Below, in pieces: positions 24,590 through 33,399 of a stretch of 64,000 bases of DNA (position 1 is the first letter of the stretch; each line of letters begins with the position of its first letter). The notes beneath the pieces were generated by a model. It made no database searches. It had not been told where the DNA came from and saw nothing but the letters and a program-made list of their open reading frames with translations. The stretch spans positions 433,517 to 497,516 of the forward strand of contig CAXXUO010000009.1 of assembly GCA_963666485.2 (NCBI GenBank), read 5' to 3'. The position numbers were made by a program, and so were the translations under genes. The stretch comes from Syntrophorhabdaceae bacterium (GTDB lineage Bacteria; Desulfobacterota; Syntrophorhabdia; Syntrophorhabdales; Syntrophorhabdaceae).

Positions 24590-25138
24590 CTATCCTTGTC
24601 CGCAAGCCCTGAGAAGGCTGAACAGTTCCTCCTCGGTCGCGTTTCCCCATTGGACGGCTTCCCTGGGATTTCTGTTGACTGCATCGAGCGCCTCTTCTAC
24701 GGGCAGGCCATACCGATATACGACCCACGCCGCCAGGACATGCCCTGTCCTTCCCAACCCGCCCGAGCAGTGGACAAGGACCGGCAATTCCTTCTCTTCA
24801 GACTCTGCAAGAAACGGAAGGATTTCATCTCTCAGCGCAGAAATCTCTGCAAGATGGAAATCTTTAACCGGAACAGCTAGAACGTTCAAATCACCGAATT
24901 CCTTCGAATACGTTTCGACAAGATTATTTTCATAGTAGGTTTGCAATTCCCGCTCCTGCAAAAGACAGCAAATACGCCTTATCCCCTTTTCTTTTATAAA
25001 AGACAACCAAACGTGTACCGCTGATAAGGACACTTTTCCGGGTCCATAACCCGGTCTTTGAGATCCGAATACAAACCTCTCTTCCGAACACGCTGGCCCA
25101 AACGCAAATTTGTCGTGGCTCACCAACTCCTCCTTCAC
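24590..25138 (-). CDS. Dual-specificity protein phosphatase family protein
   Basis: HCSGGLGRTG (CX5R) motif. Confidence 0.9.
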   Translation of the reverse strand: MKEELVSHDKFAFGPACSEERFVFGSQRPGYGPGKVSLSAVHVWLSFIKEKGIRRICCLLQERELQTYYENNLVETYSKEFGDLNVLAVPVKDFHLAEISALRDEILPFLAESEEKELPVLVHCSGGLGRTGHVLAAWVVYRYGLPVEEALDAVNRNPREAVQWGNATEEELFSLLRACGQG

Positions 25139-25504
25139 ACTTTTGATACTTTCTTATACCACATAACGGCGACAGCGTTATGGCACTTTGCTTCTTAAAA
25201 GACTTACTGCAAGATCGATCACATTTTCTTCATCGTGCGGAGAACATTCTACGATATCGTTGGCCGCCATCATCATATTGGTAACGGTCTGGATTGCACT
25301 ACGCAGGCACAATGGGAAGGCCGGGCATTGACTAGTTCGACAGGTGGCACCTCTGTTTTCCCCAATACTGTGTCTTGGCTGTCTTTGTGCGTCAGATAGA
25401 GCACTAGTATAAAACAAGATTTATACGATATCTTCATGATAGGCGAAGTCGAAAGATAGGATTCGGCAATGCGGACAAGCTCGTATTGAATACATGGGGG
25501 AGTT

Positions 25505-28500
25505 ATGATTGAAGAAATAGTAGCTTTAAAAGATAATCATGTTCCAACTATTTTGTTTTATGATTCGGAGCAACAACATTACATAATCGGGCAGGAAGCA
25601 CGCCAATTTGGACTGCAGGGCAAGACTAATGCATTCAATTTCAAGGTTGATCTCGGTGCTAATGATAAGACGTTTTCTCTAGACAAGAAGTACTGGATCG
25701 TTCCTAAGCATGGATACCTTGAGTCAAAAAAGACGTCCGTTACAATAGATGCACGAAGCCTTACAGCAAAGGAGGTAACCGTATTCTTTCTGAAAGAATT
25801 TCTCAAAGATCTACAAATGCCCAAGGAGATCATAATTGGTGAACCGGCTGAAAGAGATACCGTGTGGCGAGAAAACTTCAGACGACATATGCGAGATGTT
25901 TTCGAGGAGCTCTATCACATAACCCCCCAGTTTTTTCCTGAACCTTTTGCGGTGTTTCAGTATTATAGACATTACGAAAGCACGTTCAGAACCGAGAGTG
26001 TGTCTGAGACTGTCCTAATAATTGACGTCGGAGGAGGTACGTTTAACAGTTGCATTATTAGCACTACAGAAGAAGGTTATCTGTCAAGGGGCGGGGCCAA
26101 ATCAGTGCCTCAAGGATTTCAGGCGGAATTCTGCGGCGGTACCCAAATAGACAAGAAATTGCTCGAGACAGTAATAGCAAAAGCAAAACGACAGGGCATA
26201 AAATGGAAGGACGATCCAATTGCTCGAGCCGAAAAATCGCAGATCCCAGTGTTATTGACCATAGAGGATGTCAAAATAAAACTGTCAGATAGAATTGGCC
26301 CGTCAGGAAAGCTCTCAGACGATTTTTCTAACATAAAGGAAGTTGTCTGTTTAGAGCAGGGTACTTTGCATCCCGATTCAGATATCCGAGTGGAAATCAG
26401 TGGAGAGGATCTGAAGCTAGTCATAAGATATATGTGGCGCCATCACTGGGCTAACATTATTACGAAAACCGTCACAGAGGCTAAGAAAAAAATACAATTT
26501 GATAATCTTGATAAAATTCTTGTTGCTGGCGGTTCATCTAGGCTGCCATTCTCGAAAGAAGAAATACACCTTGTTATGAGATCTCTTGTCGATTTCCAGG
26601 ACATACACTTTAGTTCCGATACAGGAAAAGCGGTCGCATTTGGAATAGCATGTGAGTGTATGGAACAGATCAAAAGGAACCCTCAGCTCTCAGTCGGAAA
26701 AATAGCTCCATGCATTCTCAACGACCTATATCTAGGATTTCGAAAGACAAGGAGAGATCCGGTGATAATTCCCAAGAAGATTCATGGACCAGATGGATCG
26801 ATCTCTAAGGAAGGTCAACTTCTTTCGGCTCCCTTTGAGACTGAGGAACTATCTCTTAGATACAAAGTTGATTTGCCGTTTGACTGTGAAGGACGGCTCT
26901 TCTATTGTTTTAGCGACGTACCCTTCGAAGACGGGCCTGATAGAACGTATCTGAATCTCAACCAGGACGTTTTGTCGGTGACAAATAGAGGGAGCAAATA
27001 CCGAAGAAAATGCGAGCTTCAAATTGATTTTAAAACGAATGGCACAATTAAACCCATTTTTTATTTTACAAGGGAAGGTAAAGATGCGGGAGAGGAAATA
27101 GTACCATGTGGCGAGTTCTATATGGAAAATCTTCGCATACAGGAAGGTGAGAGTTTCCTTGGAATCGATTTCGGATCTTCAAATTCATATTTGGCTAAAT
27201 TACTTAGGGCTGAAGAGAAGGTTCAATCATTTGAATTCCCGGATTATAAAATAAAATCCGAAGTGATGGACCTGCTCAGGAAACTTGAAGGAGAAATTGA
27301 TGAACTGCGCACAGGAAAGGCCCTTAGCAAGCAAGCCATGATGGAGTACGCAAAGGACCAAATACTGCTGTTAGTCTTTCATTCAAATAAGATCGAGGGT
27401 AGTCCCTTGACCAAAGGGGAAACCGAAACGGCATTTGGAAAACAGGAGTCTGTTGAGATTACGAAACAAGAGCTTGAAGCAAGAAATCTCCGAAATGCGT
27501 ATGGTTGGATGATTGATAATGCTGATTATGTTTACACCGACCCAGAAGGATTTATCAGACAGGTCAATAGCATGATTCTCGATGGTATCATTCATGGGGG
27601 AGGTGCATACCGAAAGAAAAGTGTGAGTTTGGCTGGAATGGATTACACGCCACCTCCGAGTATATCGATTCCTTCCTATATGGAGAGACTAAGGGAGGAC
27701 CTGGTCACCGGACCAACGGGACGTTCTTTGTTGGAGTTCGCCATCACAATGCATACAAAACTTGTTGCAATACATCCCTTTATTGACGCAAACGGCCGAA
27801 CGGCGCGGCTGTTGATGAACGCTATCCTATTGGCTGGCGGGCTTCCTGTCGTCATAATAAATTTTGACGACAAACAGAGATACTTAGACGCCCTGTCCGA
27901 ATCTAACCATGGCGATATTTCAGCATTAGTAGTCTTTGTGTCGGAATGCTTTCGTGCCCAACTGGATGAGCTTAGAACACAGCCAGTGATGACTGAAGAA
28001 ATAATCCCGACAACGACTTTGCCGGAAGGTGCTGATCCCATTGCAGAGGCACTCAAAGAGATAGGGGTGGAATTTGTAGATGACCCACTTCAACTAATAA
28101 TGAATCAGAGGCTTAAGGAATTAGCTGAAATGAAAGAGGCTCAATATGGTTCCTGGAAACAGGCATTTTCAACCTTGCTATCGGAAATGAGATCCATATG
28201 TGAGGGGTTTAACTGTAATTCGAAGTTTAGAAATGAAGGATTCCGCATTGATCTTATGGAATATGATATGCTCTCTTCGGACAAGTATTTGGATATTTTA
28301 GCCAACAAAAAAGTATCAAGAACTTGGTTTTTTGGTTTAGCAGTTCTTGGTCCTTCATCCTATGTCAAGGCGTTATTCTTTTTCGAACACCTCCCCGTAC
28401 ACTTTGGGGATATGCCCGAGATAAACAAGGTGATGTTGACATTGGTTCGTTTCAATGGTGCAACCTACGATAGACTAACATCAGAACCCATAACTTTGAG

Positions 28501-28630
28501 AGGAGTTGCATATAGCAACGGTCAACTCGTTTTTCTGGGACGCAATAGCATAATAGAAAAGGATACTCCAAGGCATGCGCTTACTGTCTTATTGGCCGAT
28601 TTGATTACCGCCTATGTTACGGTTAAGTAA
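25505..28630 (+). CDS. Hsp70-like ATPase fused to Fic domain
   Basis: EPFAV, IIDVGGGTFN, GGTQID, AGGSSRLP, AVAFG; GIDFGSSNS at aa ~553; SNKIEG at aa ~627; HPFIDANGRTAR at aa ~757. Confidence 0.9.
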   Translation: MIEEIVALKDNHVPTILFYDSEQQHYIIGQEARQFGLQGKTNAFNFKVDLGANDKTFSLDKKYWIVPKHGYLESKKTSVTIDARSLTAKEVTVFFLKEFLKDLQMPKEIIIGEPAERDTVWRENFRRHMRDVFEELYHITPQFFPEPFAVFQYYRHYESTFRTESVSETVLIIDVGGGTFNSCIISTTEEGYLSRGGAKSVPQGFQAEFCGGTQIDKKLLETVIAKAKRQGIKWKDDPIARAEKSQIPVLLTIEDVKIKLSDRIGPSGKLSDDFSNIKEVVCLEQGTLHPDSDIRVEISGEDLKLVIRYMWRHHWANIITKTVTEAKKKIQFDNLDKILVAGGSSRLPFSKEEIHLVMRSLVDFQDIHFSSDTGKAVAFGIACECMEQIKRNPQLSVGKIAPCILNDLYLGFRKTRRDPVIIPKKIHGPDGSISKEGQLLSAPFETEELSLRYKVDLPFDCEGRLFYCFSDVPFEDGPDRTYLNLNQDVLSVTNRGSKYRRKCELQIDFKTNGTIKPIFYFTREGKDAGEEIVPCGEFYMENLRIQEGESFLGIDFGSSNSYLAKLLRAEEKVQSFEFPDYKIKSEVMDLLRKLEGEIDELRTGKALSKQAMMEYAKDQILLLVFHSNKIEGSPLTKGETETAFGKQESVEITKQELEARNLRNAYGWMIDNADYVYTDPEGFIRQVNSMILDGIIHGGGAYRKKSVSLAGMDYTPPPSISIPSYMERLREDLVTGPTGRSLLEFAITMHTKLVAIHPFIDANGRTARLLMNAILLAGGLPVVIINFDDKQRYLDALSESNHGDISALVVFVSECFRAQLDELRTQPVMTEEIIPTTTLPEGADPIAEALKEIGVEFVDDPLQLIMNQRLKELAEMKEAQYGSWKQAFSTLLSEMRSICEGFNCNSKFRNEGFRIDLMEYDMLSSDKYLDILANKKVSRTWFFGLAVLGPSSYVKALFFFEHLPVHFGDMPEINKVMLTLVRFNGATYDRLTSEPITLRGVAYSNGQLVFLGRNSIIEKDTPRHALTVLLADLITAYVTVK

Positions 28631-29048
28631 GTTTTTCCTAGCTAGTCAAGGGGCCAAGGGGACGTTGATGAATACTACATAAGAATTACTTCATCTTTAA
28701 AATCGCCTCGGTGGGTCATTTTTCGGTGATTACTTGCCCTTTAGATGACTAAGTTGTTAGGTTATCGCAACCAGTTGTCGTACGGAGAGAGAGGATTGCC
28801 GTTGGAAAAAGGTTATGTCTTCTGAGTTCTTTAGTTATTTACGGTCGTCCCTCTAGTTTCCTCATTTTTTTGCCAGATATCTTTATGCGACTGGAGAACT
28901 AGCGAATAACGATTTGCCTGTCAATCAAAAGTCTTCCCAAATCGGCTTCGGAGAGCCAACCTAAACACATTCTGCATTTCTGAAAAACTGGCTCTGGCCA
29001 ACTTGTCTCCGGAAAGCAGCCATCTGTTTTTTTGATCCGGATGTTTTA

Positions 29049-29342
29049 TCAGCAGGCCGCGAATGTTTGTGGGAATATCATTTGCGTCCAGGTAGAGATC
29101 AAGATGAATGGCTTTCTTGTCGCGTGGCGATAGGAGTCAGTGGTGAACGCGACGTTTTCCTCTTCCCGTAAATACGTTATTAAGAAATCACCTTGTTTTT
29201 CATTGTTTTTTCCGACCCAATCTATAAGCTTCAGTACGTTATCGCGGGACTGCGCATTGATTGCCTGAGTCTTCCTTTCCAAGTGATCGTAAACATCGCT
29301 AAGTGATATAACATTGGACATATCTTCCCCCTTGATTTTCAA
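29049..29342 (-). CDS. Hypothetical protein or gene fragment
   Basis: Short ORF with RBS before MSNVISL; no recognised motif. Confidence 0.35.
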   Translation of the reverse strand: MKIKGEDMSNVISLSDVYDHLERKTQAINAQSRDNVLKLIDWVGKNNEKQGDFLITYLREEENVAFTTDSYRHATRKPFILISTWTQMIFPQTFAAC

Positions 29343-29617
29343 ATTGTGTCGTCAATCCGTGATGCACGGTTGCATCCCCCCTTGCTCAAAAAATAATCAA
29401 GTCCGTAAAGGAGTTAGAGTCTGGCAGGACCTCTTTTTCTCGTTAAGTTTTGCTACCATCATTGCTAATCTCAGTGCAATTAACAAAGGATCTTCAATAG
29501 CTGTATCCAATCAAAAGAACGGCTGAAGCGGGCAATGACGCCCCAGCATTCAACGTTAGGCAGCACGACATCTCTGCCTGTTATATTTGTGTTTGCTATC
29601 TCGTCCATTCACATCTA

Positions 29618-31333
29618 CTAATTATCGCTTGCATTGTCTTTGAAATTGTTAACCTCAAAAAACTTTTTTATTTCTGTCGGACAACTACTTACCTGCCATT
29701 GATAAGGGAATCTGAAAGTTGCGAATGATACTGATTCCTCCATAATCTTCTCAATACATGATGTTTCGCGTGCGTTGGTTATCTTGCAATGCTCATAAAT
29801 CATGAAAGGATCGAGTTGTAAAAATAATTCGCTTCCCGGAGCTTTGAGATATAGTCGTCCTTTTCTTAAACGAGAACGCCATTCAACAATTTCCCCCCGT
29901 GGTACAAAAAATTCTCCCATTAGCCAGCGAACTTGGTATATGTTAGTAGATAAATCCTTTTCGCTGAAATCGATCAGATCTTCTAAGAAAAAAAGCTCAT
30001 AATCGAAGAGAGGCTTCGCGTCACTGATAGCACTTTTCCACATTGGTTCAACTTTTTCAAGCCACTTTTTACAGGTGGTCTCGTCGACAATAAAGGAATC
30101 ATGTATCTTATTACGCATCTCAAGAAGACCTCTCAAAAGTCCACCGAGATGCGACTTGTTGTTATTCTTGATAAACAAGCCAGGATATTCTTTTATCACG
30201 GTTGCCTCTGGACCATTGGAAAAAGCTTGGGAGATTTCCTCAATTATTTTGAGCCATGCACCATCAGTTAGTGGTTTCTTGAAAATATCTATTATTTTCG
30301 CATTAAGTTCTTTTGAAAAAGCTCCGGCTGCATAATATTCGGCGATACCGAGGATGGCCAAATAACGCAAAAAGATGGAAAATGCTTTCCTCATGTTTTC
30401 CGCTCTAAGTGCTCGTCCATGCTCTGCTTCGGCCATACTTACAGCAAATGCTATTGGCAATGGTAGATGAACTGTAGCTGATTCGCTTGAATGCACTCGA
30501 CTTCTCTCTTCTCTAAGTATTCTTACCTGCTCTCGTAAATTGAAAATGTCTTCTTCAAGAGTTTTCAGGGTGATCGCAGGAATTGTAACGTAATCTCCTG
30601 GAGACCCTTCATCTGTCGCGTAGCTATGTTTTCGTACAAGACTCGGTCTCACAAAGAAGAAATTGTATTTACTGTCAGATTGTTTATGAAGGCTACGACC
30701 AAGAGTCGAAGACCATGCTTCTGCTGTGGTGATATCACTCGAAGGCAGCGCGTTCTTCGCAGGCTCAATTAATTTATACCGCACCGCATTAGCAAGACGG
30801 TCGAAGGTGTCTTTATCTTTATGGACGACTATCCGAACCTCTCTGAGAGTTGAATTCTTATCCAGATTATTTTCCAGGCTGTTCAGGATGGCTTCGGCGA
30901 TAATCATCTTGGGGTAACCCAGTGAGCCAGTAGCAAAAATTGGCATAGCTAGGGACTCGACTCCGAGTTCATTAGCCTTTTTGATTATTTTCTCAATCCC
31001 CTTAGCTATGACATAAAGCCGAACCACCATATCATCCTGAGAAATGGCCCTCTCCTCTTCTTGCGTTCCGTGCGTAGCAAGATGAAAAATATATTTGCAG
31101 GGAAGGCCATACCCTTTGGTTATAGCAATGCCACCTATATCAACAGGTACTTTGCTACCGTTGAGTTCATCTTGTATTTTTCCATGTGTTTTGATTAAGA
31201 TTGTACCGGCAACAGATCTTCGCCCACCGAGCGACATCCAAGTGTTTGCGGAGTTTACCATTACATCTACTTTCTGGGTTGTAATGTCCCCATCGACGAC
31301 AACGATGTTTGTTTTGTCAATGGCTGCCTGCAT
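29618..31333 (-). CDS. Macro-domain protein with coiled coil and C-terminal helical domain
   Basis: GDIT..DVMVNSAN..GG..VA..G.GLPCKYIFH..SLAMPIFATG. Confidence 0.82.
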   Translation of the reverse strand: MQAAIDKTNIVVVDGDITTQKVDVMVNSANTWMSLGGRRSVAGTILIKTHGKIQDELNGSKVPVDIGGIAITKGYGLPCKYIFHLATHGTQEEERAISQDDMVVRLYVIAKGIEKIIKKANELGVESLAMPIFATGSLGYPKMIIAEAILNSLENNLDKNSTLREVRIVVHKDKDTFDRLANAVRYKLIEPAKNALPSSDITTAEAWSSTLGRSLHKQSDSKYNFFFVRPSLVRKHSYATDEGSPGDYVTIPAITLKTLEEDIFNLREQVRILREERSRVHSSESATVHLPLPIAFAVSMAEAEHGRALRAENMRKAFSIFLRYLAILGIAEYYAAGAFSKELNAKIIDIFKKPLTDGAWLKIIEEISQAFSNGPEATVIKEYPGLFIKNNNKSHLGGLLRGLLEMRNKIHDSFIVDETTCKKWLEKVEPMWKSAISDAKPLFDYELFFLEDLIDFSEKDLSTNIYQVRWLMGEFFVPRGEIVEWRSRLRKGRLYLKAPGSELFLQLDPFMIYEHCKITNARETSCIEKIMEESVSFATFRFPYQWQVSSCPTEIKKFFEVNNFKDNASDN

Positions 31334-31375
31334 CTGTCCCTCCTGCTTCTTGTTCCTATCGCTTCACATGTCGTA

Positions 31376-31439
31376 CAATAACGTCGAGGTCACTGCGAAG
31401 CCGGATCTATCGGCAATCCGGTAGAGCTCCTCGTTGGTC
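31376..31439 (-). other. Integron attC-like site
   Basis: Minus strand GACCAACGAGGAGCTCTAC...GTGACCTCGACGTTATTG, 64 bp, imperfect inverted repeat with an extra base, starting at the stop codon of the upstream gene. Confidence 0.6.
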
Positions 31440-32122
31440 TATTTCTTAAAGAATCTTTCAATCACCGCCGGATCACAGCCCTGCGTTATGGTAATCCAGA
31501 AATACTCGTCTATCACTTTGGGATAGGCTTTATGCTTCTTCTGCAGAATCCTAGGCAAGTCGTCCCACTCTGTCCCAGAATTTAGCAATTCAGCTCTGAC
31601 TTCTTTCAATTCTTCCTGAATTCTTAAGAGATAGTCTACATAGCCAGAGCCATTGCCTTCCAGACCTAGCGTCTTGTAAATAGGGGTATCCCAAGGAGAA
31701 AAGATATTTGGCCGAAGAGCAAATAGCGTTTTCGCAGTTCCCACTGGACCAATGCGGACGTTGATGCCCTGACCATCACGTTCTTTTTTTGCCGCTCGTT
31801 GACGCGATAGAACATCAAAAAGGCTAACAATTGTTCTTTTGTTTGTCGACAAATCATAGTCTATCAAGCAGTCGTCTGGGAGTGGGAGTTGCGATTGATG
31901 AATTTCGTACCACGTCATGAAGCCGTTGATCGATATTTGCTCATCAGTCTTCTTAAACTGACGGCAACCCCAGGAACGAAGCCATTCAATTAGTGCAATG
32001 ACTTGATCCTTGCTCTCCAATTGGAGATTTGGATATTTTGTCGATAAGGACAGATACGTCGCATCATAATCAGAAAACTGATTATATAAATAGCATGCCG
32101 TTCGCAAGTGTGCCAATTTCAT
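31439..32122 (-). CDS. Hypothetical protein, DUF6308/HhH-glycosylase-like
   Basis: GPVGTAKTLFALRP..PWDT..KVIDEYFW. Confidence 0.55.
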   Translation of the reverse strand: MKLAHLRTACYLYNQFSDYDATYLSLSTKYPNLQLESKDQVIALIEWLRSWGCRQFKKTDEQISINGFMTWYEIHQSQLPLPDDCLIDYDLSTNKRTIVSLFDVLSRQRAAKKERDGQGINVRIGPVGTAKTLFALRPNIFSPWDTPIYKTLGLEGNGSGYVDYLLRIQEELKEVRAELLNSGTEWDDLPRILQKKHKAYPKVIDEYFWITITQGCDPAVIERFFKK

Positions 32123-32301
32123 CTTATTCTATGCCCAACCTCATAATCGCGCGCGCGGCGCACAGAGAGTGAAATCCGGAGAAACCCTCCCTGATTCCGC
32201 TTGACATTTCCCCTCATCGGGTGCCACGTCGGGTCATCTTTCTTGAACACCAATTCGAAATAAGCACCCTTTTCCCTCATGTGCTGCGCTTTTCATCTCG
32301 T

Positions 32302-33369
32302 TTAGTTTTTTTGAAAAGACTCGGTCACGTCAATTACGCCCGTGCTTGGTGGAGCATCATCAAGATAGACGGTCCAACTCAGAATCACTCCCTGTTTCTC
32401 TAGGGGTGTTCCTGCGGGAACATGAATGATCAAGCTTTCATCCGGGAAAATAACCCGATCTTCAGGAAAGATTTTTATTTCGGCCGAACGATATTCATTC
32501 ATGGGTAGTGTAGTACTTTGTGAACCAGTAGCAAATCGAAATCCGAATTTTGTATCGGACGGTACTTCCGAAAGGAAAGTGGTGCCGCGTAATTTTACCT
32601 TAAAGAGTTCCGAGCTCATCGAAAAAGCCAGGCACAGTACCAAGTCACGAATTGTCACTTCACCGGTATTGACAAGAGAAAGTTGAAAAGAAAATTGATC
32701 ATAGTCTCGCTTTGGGGCCACAAGATCTTTATGCTCTGGTACTCCACGACCGTATAAAACAACTTCTCCTTCCTTCCTGCGACGTTCAATTTCCGCCAGT
32801 TTGGCTTGTCGGGTTGCCCATTCCTGCTCGGCAGTCAGGATACGGCAATTGGAAATCTCGACACGGATCTGCGGAACGCGACCACGAGACATAAGGAGGC
32901 GAATGACATTGTCGGGCAGGGGCTTTGACTCAAACTCCGATCGTCCGTAGTATCGATATGAGTGCCTTGCCTGATAGGCAGTACTGCCCTTAGGGACTGT
33001 CACGATATATGCAACTCGTCCCTCCTTATCGCCGGACAGAAGGATGGGTCGGACTCTCAGACCGGGAATAGGGGGGCTGATGTTAGATGTGATGATTTGT
33101 TCAAGTGTTTCTGGCGGCATTACTAAGGGATCACAGCCTTCATCAATCTCTTTTGCAACGCTTTTCCTCCCGTGCCTACCCTCACGTAGACCTATAACAA
33201 TAACTCCTCCCTCCGTGTTCGCAAATGCAGAAACATCCTCGGTAAGCTGTTTTTCTATTCGCTCTTTGGGTTGGTCGAGAAGGGCAGACGCCTTGAAATC
33301 CAATCGTATGGACTCATACTGTCCGATGAGTTGTTTCAGGTCTTCTTCTGTCTCTATGCTTTTTTCCAT
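32302..33369 (-). CDS. Schlafen/AlbA_2 domain protein with unknown C-terminal domain
   Basis: ESIRLDFK..DVSAFANTEGGVIVIG..YYGRS. Confidence 0.88.
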   Translation of the reverse strand: MEKSIETEEDLKQLIGQYESIRLDFKASALLDQPKERIEKQLTEDVSAFANTEGGVIVIGLREGRHGRKSVAKEIDEGCDPLVMPPETLEQIITSNISPPIPGLRVRPILLSGDKEGRVAYIVTVPKGSTAYQARHSYRYYGRSEFESKPLPDNVIRLLMSRGRVPQIRVEISNCRILTAEQEWATRQAKLAEIERRRKEGEVVLYGRGVPEHKDLVAPKRDYDQFSFQLSLVNTGEVTIRDLVLCLAFSMSSELFKVKLRGTTFLSEVPSDTKFGFRFATGSQSTTLPMNEYRSAEIKIFPEDRVIFPDESLIIHVPAGTPLEKQGVILSWTVYLDDAPPSTGVIDVTESFQKN

Positions 33370-33399
33370 TGGCCCCCTCCTAGAAGTGCAACGCGTTGT

